This document shows, piece by piece, positions 56,308-64,000 of a stretch of 64,000 bases of DNA. The first letter of the stretch is position 1, and each line of letters begins with the position of its first letter. Source of the stretch: Gemmatimonadaceae bacterium. Its GTDB lineage: Bacteria; Gemmatimonadota; Gemmatimonadetes; Gemmatimonadales; Gemmatimonadaceae. The stretch spans positions 16,958-80,957 of the forward strand of contig JAKFFA010000051.1 of assembly GCA_036675455.1 (NCBI GenBank). The letters are read 5' to 3'. A program made the position numbers and the translations under genes. Below the pieces are notes generated by a model, which worked only from the letters and a program-made list of their open reading frames with translations, had not been told where the DNA came from and ran no database searches.

Positions 56308-56344
56308 TAAGTCGTTGCTGTACAACGACTTAGAATTATTCACA
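56308..56344. promoter_or_regulatory. 25-bp palindrome (two IHF-core-like half-sites) plus a DnaA box between parA and parB
   Basis: TAAGTCGTTG-CTGTA-CAACGACTTA, then TTATTCACA at 56336-56344. Confidence 0.6.
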
Positions 56345-56357
56345 AACCCAATATTTC

Positions 56358-57308
56358 ATGAACGTCGACAAGGGAAGGAGACTGGGCCGCGGCCTGGAGG
56401 CCCTACTCGCCAAGGCGCCACCGCGCCGGGATGCCGCCACCGTCGATGAAGCCGGCGCGGAGTCGAAGCAAGCGCCGGAGGCTGCGTCTCCGCTGAGCGC
56501 CATCGCCCTGTCGAAAATCCGCGCGAATCCGCTCCAACCCCGCAAAGAGTTCAGGCCCGAGGAACTGGCGGACCTCGAAGCCTCACTGCGTGTGAGCGGG
56601 TTGCTCCAGCCGATCACGGTGCGCCCAGCCCCGAAGGGCAGCGGCTACGAGCTCATCGCCGGCGAACGACGGTTCCGCGCCGCACAGCGCTTAGGGTGGA
56701 CGGAGATCCCGGCCATCGTAAAGGATGTCGACGACCAAACCCTGCTCTCGTTGGCGATGGTCGAGAACCTCCAGCGGTCCGACCTCAATCCAATCGAAGA
56801 AGCCGAGGGCTACGAGCAACTCGTCAAGGACTTCTCGCTGACGCAGCAGGAGGTCGCGGACATCGTCGGCAAGGACCGTTCTACGGTCGCCAACACAATG
56901 CGCCTCCTCGCGCTGCCGGCGTCGGTGCGTCGGCTGGTCTGGGACGGGCAGCTCACCGTCGGACACGCCCGTGCGCTGCTCGGCATCGGCAACGAAATGC
57001 GCATCGCGGAGCTCGCCAAGGAAGTCGTGGCGCACGGCCTCTCGGTGCGCGAAGTCGAGCGACGCGTGCGCCAGGAGGCGCCGCCCACCGCTGACTCCGG
57101 CGCTCCCGTTACACGCAAGAAGAGCGGCCCGTCGGACAATCGGAGCGCCGAAGTCCGGCGCCTCGAGGACCAGCTGCGCAAGCGATTGGGCACGGACGTG
57201 CGCATCACGCAGGCCGGCGCGGAGAAGGGAGAAGTGCGCATCCCGTTCTACAGTGCAGATGACTTCGAGCGCCTTATCGAGCTGCTCGGTGCCGGAGGCA
57301 CCGAGTGA
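56358..57308 (+). CDS. parB: Chromosome partitioning protein ParB/Spo0J
   Basis: LGRGLEALL, QPRKEF, GERRFRA, ENLQRSDL, HTH GKDRSTVAN, GHARALL. Confidence 0.97.
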   Translation: MNVDKGRRLGRGLEALLAKAPPRRDAATVDEAGAESKQAPEAASPLSAIALSKIRANPLQPRKEFRPEELADLEASLRVSGLLQPITVRPAPKGSGYELIAGERRFRAAQRLGWTEIPAIVKDVDDQTLLSLAMVENLQRSDLNPIEEAEGYEQLVKDFSLTQQEVADIVGKDRSTVANTMRLLALPASVRRLVWDGQLTVGHARALLGIGNEMRIAELAKEVVAHGLSVREVERRVRQEAPPTADSGAPVTRKKSGPSDNRSAEVRRLEDQLRKRLGTDVRITQAGAEKGEVRIPFYSADDFERLIELLGAGGTE

Positions 57309-57730
57309 CGCGCAACATCACGCCGAGGCCGATCAAGGCGTCCGGCGCACGCGACGCCCACGGCCGAATCTTCGAGCGCGGCGCTGGAGCACTGTACGTC
57401 CACATGCATCGCGAAGCAGGGCTCGCGCATCGACACTACGTGCTTCAGCCGTGGAAGGTCCGGGTCCTGGCCGTGATGACGTCTCGTCCGATGCTCGTGG
57501 TGTATGTAGTCGCACTCGCCTCGTGGGGCTGGGTCGCCGGCCAAGCGTCGCGCGTGCCGCTGCTACAACAACAGATCACCCGGCTGACCGCGGATGCGCA
57601 GCGGCTCGACACGTTGACCGCCACACTGACTCTTCTGCAGGCGCGGTACGATCAGGTGCAGGAGATGCTCAGCGCGGCCAATGCACGCGCGCGATCTTCG
57701 GGCGATACGCCGCCCGATATAACACCATGA
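57305..57730 (+). CDS. Membrane-anchored coiled-coil protein
   Basis: GTGA overlap with parB; one TM followed by heptads LLQQQITRL...ARYDQVQEML. Confidence 0.7.
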   Translation: MTRNITPRPIKASGARDAHGRIFERGAGALYVHMHREAGLAHRHYVLQPWKVRVLAVMTSRPMLVVYVVALASWGWVAGQASRVPLLQQQITRLTADAQRLDTLTATLTLLQARYDQVQEMLSAANARARSSGDTPPDITP

Positions 57731-57746
57731 CCTTTCAGGGGGACTG

Positions 57747-58154
57747 ATGGCGATGTTCGGCAAGGAGCAGGCGGCACCCAAGCCGGCGGCACGTTCCGGC
57801 GGGCGCAGCGCGAACGAGACGAGTCTCTCCATCGTCTCACCGGGCACCACGATCTTCGGCGACGTGGACTGCGACGGCGTGCTCAAGGTGGAAGGGCGCA
57901 TCGAGGGCAGCGTGCGGCGCGCGCGCCAGGTCATGCTCGCCAAGGATGGACGCATACAGGGCGATGTGACCGCGCATGAAGTGGTGGTGGGCGGGTCGAT
58001 CGACGGGAACGTCACGGTGAGCGACAGACTTGAGCTTCAAACCACCGCCAAGCTGACCGGCGAGATTTCGGCGAAGTCAATCATCGTGATGGAGGGCGCC
58101 CGTATCAATGGTGGCGTGAAGATGACGGATTCCCCGGCCGCACCAGAGATCTAA
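57747..58154 (+). CDS. Bactofilin (polymer-forming cytoskeletal protein)
   Basis: SIVSPGTTIFGDVDCDGVLKVEGRIEG...LTGEISAKSIIVMEGARING beta-helix pattern. Confidence 0.93.
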   Translation: MAMFGKEQAAPKPAARSGGRSANETSLSIVSPGTTIFGDVDCDGVLKVEGRIEGSVRRARQVMLAKDGRIQGDVTAHEVVVGGSIDGNVTVSDRLELQTTAKLTGEISAKSIIVMEGARINGGVKMTDSPAAPEI

Positions 58155-58237
58155 GTCCGTTCGAAACGACACTGCGTGGCAGCGTGACGGTCGCCGCCAG
58201 CATAGAGCCAGCATGGACTCTCCATCGAGCAGCGCGC

Positions 58238-58364
58238 TAAGATTGTCCACAGGAAATGTGGGTAACAATCATATGTTTGCAAATTGAGTGTAACTCGTTG
58301 CAAAATAAATGATTTACACGGTAAACAATGCGTAACCATAGCAGAACTGTACTGTTTTTCCACA
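58238..58364. other. AT-rich region with DnaA-box-like and IHF-like sites (oriC or datA/DARS-like candidate)
   Basis: TTGTCCACA (58243), TGTGGGTAA (58257), TAACTCGTTG (58291), TTTTCCACA (58356); clearly AT-richer than the flanks. Confidence 0.5.
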
Positions 58365-59332
58365 CTTTCGCGCTTCTCACCGCCGCGTGCGCTGGTGAAC
58401 GCGCTGAAGTCAATGACTCACAGTCATTTCGGGTCGCTGTCCTCACCCCAGGTCCCATCTCTGACCAGAGCTGGAACGCCTCCGCGTACGAAGGACTCAT
58501 CCGTATCCGCGACTCCCTCGGCGCACAAATCAGCCATATCCAGACCAAGACGCCGGCAGAGTTCGAAGAAAACTTCCGGCAGTACGGCGCGCTCGGCTAC
58601 GATCTGGTCTTCGGGCACGGGTTCGAGTTCCAGGACGCTGCCCAGCGCGTGGCGCCGGAGTTTCCCAAGACCATATACGTAACCACTGGCGGCTCCACGA
58701 CTGGCCCAAACCTGGCCGCCATGTCGTTTTCGTTCGATGAGCCGTCGTTTCTCGCTGGCATGGCTGCGGCGTCGGTCACCAAGAGCGGTGTTGTCTCTGT
58801 GATTGGCGGCACCGAGCTGCCACCGGTCAAGTCGAGCTTCGTCGCCTTCAGCGCCGGCGCGCGCGAAGTGATCCCAGCCATTACTATCTTGACCGCCTTC
58901 GTCGGCAACTGGGACGACGCCGGCGCCGGCAAGGAACAGGCACTCGCCCAGATGGCCCGCGGCGCCGACGTGCTCTTCCAAAATGCGGACGCGGCCGGGC
59001 TCGGCGTCTTCCAGGCCGTGAAGGAAACGCCCGGCACATGGGTCGTCGGGTCGAATGCCAACCAGAATCACATCGCTCCGGAGCGCACACTGGGTTCCGT
59101 CGTCATCGACGTGCCGCACGCCTTTCTCTTGGTGGCACGCGAGGTGAAGGCAGGCACCTTCGAGCCGCGCGTGATTGCGCTCGACACCCAAAGCGAAGTG
59201 GTGCGTTGGGTACCCAATCCGCTGGTCTCGGCCGTGCCCGACTCCATGTCGGCGCGCATCGACTCCGTGCTCACACTCATGGTGGCGGGAGAGTTTCGCA
59301 TGCCGGCCCCGGCCGAGCCCTCCGAACCATGA
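58328..59332 (+). CDS. BMP family (PnrA/NupN-like) nucleoside-binding lipoprotein
   Basis: Lipobox TAAC; GPISDQSWNASAYEGL, GHGFEF, GNWDD, GADVLF. Confidence 0.9.
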   Translation: MRNHSRTVLFFHTFALLTAACAGERAEVNDSQSFRVAVLTPGPISDQSWNASAYEGLIRIRDSLGAQISHIQTKTPAEFEENFRQYGALGYDLVFGHGFEFQDAAQRVAPEFPKTIYVTTGGSTTGPNLAAMSFSFDEPSFLAGMAAASVTKSGVVSVIGGTELPPVKSSFVAFSAGAREVIPAITILTAFVGNWDDAGAGKEQALAQMARGADVLFQNADAAGLGVFQAVKETPGTWVVGSNANQNHIAPERTLGSVVIDVPHAFLLVAREVKAGTFEPRVIALDTQSEVVRWVPNPLVSAVPDSMSARIDSVLTLMVAGEFRMPAPAEPSEP

Positions 59333-60114
59333 CGCCAGAATCGGTCGCCCTCGGCGACATCGCCACGTACCTGGACCACCTACTCGCGATCCGGCAAATC
59401 ACCGACTATCCGCCGGCGCTGAACGGCGTGCAGGTCGAGCACCGCGGCCCGGTCCATCGCATCGCCGCCGCCGTCGATGGCTCCCTGCGCACAATCGAAC
59501 TCGCCGCCGCCGAAGGCGCGAATCTGCTGCTCGTGCACCATGGACTCTTCTGGAACGGCCTCGTACCCGTGACCGGCGCCCATCACGCCCGGCTGCGCGC
59601 GCTCTTCGCGCATGACATGGCCGTGTATTCCGCCCACTTGCCGCTCGACGCCCACGCGACATTCGGCAACTCGGCCCTGCTCGCGAAGGCGCTGGGCCTG
59701 AAGGCCACCGCCGGATTCGCGCGCCACGAGCAGGTTGACTGCGGTGTGCGCGGCGACGACGCGCTCGCGACCGACGAGCTCATCGCGCGCGTACGCGCGT
59801 GGGCCACGCCACTGGGTCATCACACCATCGCATCGGCGGTACCCGCCGGCCACCGCACGCGTCGGTGGGCGATCTGCACCGGCGCAGGTGCGCAAGCATC
59901 AAACCTTCGGGAGGCGTACGACACGGGCATCGACACGCTCATCGTCGGGGAAGGACCACACTGGTCGGCCGTCGACGCCGCGGAGCGAGGCCTCGTCATC
60001 ATCTACGCGGGTCATTACGCCACCGAGACCCTCGGCGTGCGCGCGCTCGCCGAACACCTGGGCACGAAGTACGCGCTGCCCTGGACCTTCGTGCACGCGC
60101 CTACGGGACTGTGA
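59329..60114 (+). CDS. Nif3/YbgI-like dinuclear metal protein
   Basis: NGVQVE, VHHGLFW, HLPLDAH, GHYATETLGV. Confidence 0.92.
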   Translation: MTPESVALGDIATYLDHLLAIRQITDYPPALNGVQVEHRGPVHRIAAAVDGSLRTIELAAAEGANLLLVHHGLFWNGLVPVTGAHHARLRALFAHDMAVYSAHLPLDAHATFGNSALLAKALGLKATAGFARHEQVDCGVRGDDALATDELIARVRAWATPLGHHTIASAVPAGHRTRRWAICTGAGAQASNLREAYDTGIDTLIVGEGPHWSAVDAAERGLVIIYAGHYATETLGVRALAEHLGTKYALPWTFVHAPTGL

Positions 60115-61580
60115 CCCGTCGCCTCGAACTCCGCGGCGTACACAAGCGCTTTGGCGCGACGGCGGCGCTGGAGGACGCGAGGTGTACCGTGCGGGGCGGA
60201 ACAGTCCACGCACTGCTGGGCGAGAACGGCGCCGGAAAGACGACACTCATGCGCATCGCATTCGGTATGGTCGCGCCGGATGCGGGGTCCATCTCGCTCG
60301 ACGGCCGCACACTGCACCTGCGCTCGAGCGCGGACGCCATCGCCGCCGGTCTCGGCATGGTGCATCAGCACTTCATGCTCGTGCCGGCGATGACGGTGGC
60401 GGAGAACGTCTCGCTCGGCGCGCGAGGCCCGTTCGACCTGCGGCACGCCTCCGCACGCGTGCGCGCCATCGGGCATGAGACCGGCCTGGCGATCGACCCG
60501 CGCGCGCTCGTGCGCGACCTGAGCGTCGGCGCGCAACAACGTCTGGAGATCGTCAAGGCACTCGCCCATGATGCGCGCATCCTGATCCTGGACGAACCGA
60601 CAGCGGTGCTGACGCCGGCGGAGTCCCATGAGCTGTATACATGGTTGCGCCGCTTCGCCGCCGACGGCGGCGCAGTCGTGCTCATCACGCACAAGCTACG
60701 CGAAGCACTCGACGTCGCCGATGACGTGACCGTGCTCCACCGCGGCCGCACGGTGCTCGAGGACACTGAACACCGGTTCGTCGAACACGACGTGATCGCG
60801 GCGCTCGTCGGGGAAGACGGCGCCGAGGTGGCCGGAGAAGGCATTGAGCGCACGGCACCTCGCATGAGGCCCACACCCGGCGACCCGGTGCTCGCGCTCG
60901 AGAATGCGAGCTACACCGATGCCAAAGGCGTGCGCCGGCTGCGTGACGTCTCATTGAGCGTGCGCAGCGGTGAAGTCCTCGGCGTGCTCGGCGTCGAGGG
61001 GGCGGGGCAGCACGAACTGCTGCGCCTGCTCGCGGGCCGGCTGGAGCCGACCTCGGGGTCGGTCGTGCGCCCCGAGCGCGTTGGCTTCATCCCCGAGGAC
61101 CGCCTGAGGGACGCGTTGATCCCCTCGATGTCGCTGGTGGAGAACTTCGCGCTGGCGGACGCCGGCACGCGGCGCGGCCGGCTGGACTGGGCAGCGATGC
61201 GCGTCCGAACACAGTCCATCGTCGACGACCTCGAAGTACGTGGGCCCGGCATCGATGTGCGCATCGATGCGCTGTCCGGCGGCAATCAGCAGAAGTTCGT
61301 CGTCGGTCGAGAGCGCAGCATTGCCGCCCGGGCGCTCGTGGCCGAGAACCCCACGCGCGGACTCGACATCCGCGCGGCCGCACGCGTGCGCGCAGGCATC
61401 AGCGACCTGCATGGCGATCCGCTGCCAGCGGTCGTGTTCCACTCCAGCGACATGGACGAAGTCTTGGCAGTCGCCACGCGTGTCGTCGTCTGCTTTGGCG
61501 GGCGCGTGACCGAGATCGCCCGGCCGGCCGATCCAAATGATCGCGAGCCGTACACACGCGCGCTCATGGGTGCCCAATGA
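60111..61580 (+). CDS. Nucleoside/sugar ABC transporter ATPase (two domains)
   Basis: GENGAGKTT, HQHF, LSVG, ILDEPT, LSGGNQQK, PTRGLD. Confidence 0.93.
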   Translation: MTRRLELRGVHKRFGATAALEDARCTVRGGTVHALLGENGAGKTTLMRIAFGMVAPDAGSISLDGRTLHLRSSADAIAAGLGMVHQHFMLVPAMTVAENVSLGARGPFDLRHASARVRAIGHETGLAIDPRALVRDLSVGAQQRLEIVKALAHDARILILDEPTAVLTPAESHELYTWLRRFAADGGAVVLITHKLREALDVADDVTVLHRGRTVLEDTEHRFVEHDVIAALVGEDGAEVAGEGIERTAPRMRPTPGDPVLALENASYTDAKGVRRLRDVSLSVRSGEVLGVLGVEGAGQHELLRLLAGRLEPTSGSVVRPERVGFIPEDRLRDALIPSMSLVENFALADAGTRRGRLDWAAMRVRTQSIVDDLEVRGPGIDVRIDALSGGNQQKFVVGRERSIAARALVAENPTRGLDIRAAARVRAGISDLHGDPLPAVVFHSSDMDEVLAVATRVVVCFGGRVTEIARPADPNDREPYTRALMGAQ

Positions 61581-62556
61581 TGCGGCCGAGCTGATGGACG
61601 CGCTCGTCGCACTGTGGGAAGGCGCCTTCGGCTCCGCGTACGCCGTCTGGTCCGCGACCCTCGTGCGCGCGACGCCGTTGGTCCTCGTGGGACTCGCGGT
61701 GGCGATTGCATTCCGCGCGGGAGTGCTCAACATCGGCGCCGAAGGCCAACTGCTGGTGGGCGCGGCAGGAGCCACGGCCGTCGCGCTCGCGCTGGGCGGC
61801 ACCGCGCTGCCGATGCCCGTCGTCGTGACGATGATGGTGATTGCGGGCGCGGTCGCCGGCGCGGCGTGGGCCGGCATCGCCGCGCTGCTGCGTCATCGAT
61901 TCGGTGTGCTGGAGGTGATCAGCACCATCATGCTGAACTTCGTGGCCATCCACCTCGTGAGCTGGCTCGTGCGCGGTCCGCTGCAGGAGCCGACGCTGGC
62001 GTATCCGCAATCCGAGACGATCGCCGACAACGCGCGCTGGCCGTTCCTCATTCCGGGACAGCGACTGCACCTCGGGTTCGCCATCGGACTCGTGCTGGCG
62101 CTGCTCACCTGGTGGGTGACAGCGCGTACGGCCGCCGGTTTTCGGGCGCGCGCCGTGGGTGATGGCATGCGGGCGGCCGTGAGTGCAGGCCGCGTCGACG
62201 CCGCACGAACGGTGACGTGGGTGTTCCTGGTCAGTGGCGCATGCGCCGGCATCGCGGGCGCCGCCGAAGTCGGCGGCGTGACGTGGGCGCTATACGAGGG
62301 CATCTCGCCGGGCTACGGCTACACGGCGATTGCCGTGGCGTTGCTCGCGCGTCTCGACGCGCGCTGGGTCATCGTGAGTGCCGTGTTCTTCGGCGCCCTC
62401 GAGGCCGGCGCCGCGGCGATGCAGCGCAACGCAGGTGTCCCGTCGGTCGCCGTGCAGGTAATCGTCGGCGTAGTCGTCCTCGCCGTGCTCGCGGGTGCAC
62501 GGCTACACGAAGCCGCGCGCGTGCGTCGGCGCACCGTGCACGCGGAGGGCTTGTGA
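61570..62556 (+). CDS. ABC transporter permease
   Basis: NIGAEGQ, EVISTIMLN, GYGYTAIAVALL. Confidence 0.9.
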   Translation: MPNDAAELMDALVALWEGAFGSAYAVWSATLVRATPLVLVGLAVAIAFRAGVLNIGAEGQLLVGAAGATAVALALGGTALPMPVVVTMMVIAGAVAGAAWAGIAALLRHRFGVLEVISTIMLNFVAIHLVSWLVRGPLQEPTLAYPQSETIADNARWPFLIPGQRLHLGFAIGLVLALLTWWVTARTAAGFRARAVGDGMRAAVSAGRVDAARTVTWVFLVSGACAGIAGAAEVGGVTWALYEGISPGYGYTAIAVALLARLDARWVIVSAVFFGALEAGAAAMQRNAGVPSVAVQVIVGVVVLAVLAGARLHEAARVRRRTVHAEGL

Positions 62557-63467
62557 TGGAGATGCTCGCCGTGGCGCTGGTGCCGTTCCTCGAGGCGACC
62601 ATTCGCACAGCCACGCCACTGGCGTTCGCGGCACTGGGTGAACTCGTCGCCGAACGCGCGGGCGTCATCAACATCGGGCTCGAGGGCGCCATCGTTGCCG
62701 GCTGCTTCGGTGCGCTGATCTCGGCGGGCGCCGGCGGGGTGGGCGCCGGTTTCGTTGGTGCCGCGTTCGCGGGCATGCTCATGACGGCGCTGTTCGCGTT
62801 CTTCGTCGTGACACTGCGGACGGACCAGATCATCACAGGCACAGCACTCACGCTCCTCGGCCTCGGACTCACCGGCACGCTGTACCGCGCGGCCTTCGGT
62901 GCCTTGGGCGCCACGCTCACCGTGCCCACGATCGCGCCGGTGCCATTGCCGATTCTCTCGCAGATGCCGTTCATCGGCCCGGCGCTGTTCAACCAGCCGC
63001 TCTCAACCTACGCGCTCTATTTCATCATACCGGCGATGGTCTGGTGGATGCGCAACACGCACGCGGGTCTCGCATTGCGCGCCACCGGCGAACACGCCGA
63101 GGCCGCGCGGGCTGCGGGCATTCCGACCGATCGCGTGCGCTGGCTGGCGATCCTCTTCAGCGGACTCATGGGAGGGCTCTCCGGCGCGACGCTCGTGCTC
63201 GCGCAGGTGGGCTCGTTCAACGAAGGCATGAGCGCCGGCCGCGGCTTCATCGCGATCGCAGTCGTCGTCCTTGGTCGATGGACACCGCTCGGCACAGCCG
63301 GTGCCGCGTTGTTGTTCGGCGCGGCCTTCGCGCTCCAGTACGCGTTCCAAGCACTCGACTGGGCCGTGCCGTACCAGGCGTTTCTCGCATTGCCGTATGT
63401 GCTCACGCTTGTGCTGCTCGCGAGCATGCGCGGGCGCACGTCGGCGCCCGCGGAGCTGGGGCGCTAA
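62556..63467 (+). CDS. ABC transporter permease
   Basis: ERAGVINIGLEG, LRATGE, GRGFIAIA, LPYVLT. Confidence 0.92.
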   Translation: MEMLAVALVPFLEATIRTATPLAFAALGELVAERAGVINIGLEGAIVAGCFGALISAGAGGVGAGFVGAAFAGMLMTALFAFFVVTLRTDQIITGTALTLLGLGLTGTLYRAAFGALGATLTVPTIAPVPLPILSQMPFIGPALFNQPLSTYALYFIIPAMVWWMRNTHAGLALRATGEHAEAARAAGIPTDRVRWLAILFSGLMGGLSGATLVLAQVGSFNEGMSAGRGFIAIAVVVLGRWTPLGTAGAALLFGAAFALQYAFQALDWAVPYQAFLALPYVLTLVLLASMRGRTSAPAELGR

Positions 63468-64000
63468 GCGCAGGCGGGCACGACGCCTTCCCAGCGCGTG
63501 CGCCACTCCCCGTCCACTCGCGTGAGCAACTCGAGGCGCGGACCGCCCGGAGTCTCGCGCAGCATGACGACCCGCAGCAGGCCGTCCGCCGCGGTGAATG
63601 CACCCACGGGCTCGCGCGGCTCCAACTCGTCCTCACGTCCGGCGGTGCGCGCATACCACTCCACCTCAAGCGCATGACGCACGCCCGGCGTAGGTGCCGG
63701 CGATGCGAGCAACGTGATCTGCTCCTCCATCGGATTCGACTCGATCGGCAGCCGGCGCGAGGCAATGGCAATCAGCGTCGTATCGCCCGCGGCGGCGAGG
63801 ACGCGCCATGCATCGCGCACCACAACCGGCAGGCTGCGGAAGTCCGCGACGCTCGTGTCGGCGCGCTCGAAGGTGATTGCGTCAACGCTGCGCGCGATGC
63901 GTGCGACCAAGGCCAACGAGTCACGCGAGGAAAGTCCCCTGAGCGGTTCGACGGAGAGCAACGTGAGCGTATCCGACACGCCACCGAAGAACCACGGTTC
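63464..64000 (-). CDS. Hypothetical protein, C-terminal part (probably starts beyond the window)
   Basis: Open minus-strand frame converging on the permease; no family recognised. Confidence 0.5.
   Translation of the reverse strand, partial: EPWFFGGVSDTLTLLSVEPLRGLSSRDSLALVARIARSVDAITFERADTSVADFRSLPVVVRDAWRVLAAAGDTTLIAIASRRLPIESNPMEEQITLLASPAPTPGVRHALEVEWYARTAGREDELEPREPVGAFTAADGLLRVVMLRETPGGPRLELLTRVDGEWRTRWEGVVPACA

Overview
High-GC (visually about 68-70%) bacterial chromosomal segment made mostly of core genes. Gene content and style suggest Gemmatimonadota, which is my inference and not a database result. From left to right it carries: the Lys/Ala/Pro-rich tail of a gene starting upstream; a MerR-type regulator; a lone plasmid-type RepA initiator followed by 19-bp tandem repeats; S41 protease, TolB-like, SPFH, Zn-finger and YhaM genes; class I fumarase; two csp loci; moeB-esterase-yggX-nrtR; an M28 peptidase; divergent argCBD and argRGH with ARG boxes; ispG; a Mesh1-like HD hydrolase; a Wzc-like pseudokinase; a cupredoxin; a complete his operon with a His-rich attenuator leader; an M16 peptidase pair; murB; a DASS transporter; TerC; a desaturase; mnmG; parS-parA-parB-coiled-coil-bactofilin followed by an AT-rich DnaA-box/IHF-like region; and a BMP nucleoside ABC operon containing nif3. 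I saw no tRNA, rRNA, CRISPR array, integrase or transposase. The best candidates for something undescribed are (1) an AT-rich island, an HTH/AT-hook gene and a 208-nt unbranched rod hairpin at 23.9-24.8 kb, (2) the orphan RepA with iteron-like repeats, (3) the parABS-bactofilin-oriC-like module, and (4) widespread leaderless genes, including one overlapping bidirectional -10 element. All family assignments come from manual motif recognition. No searches or folding programs were run.
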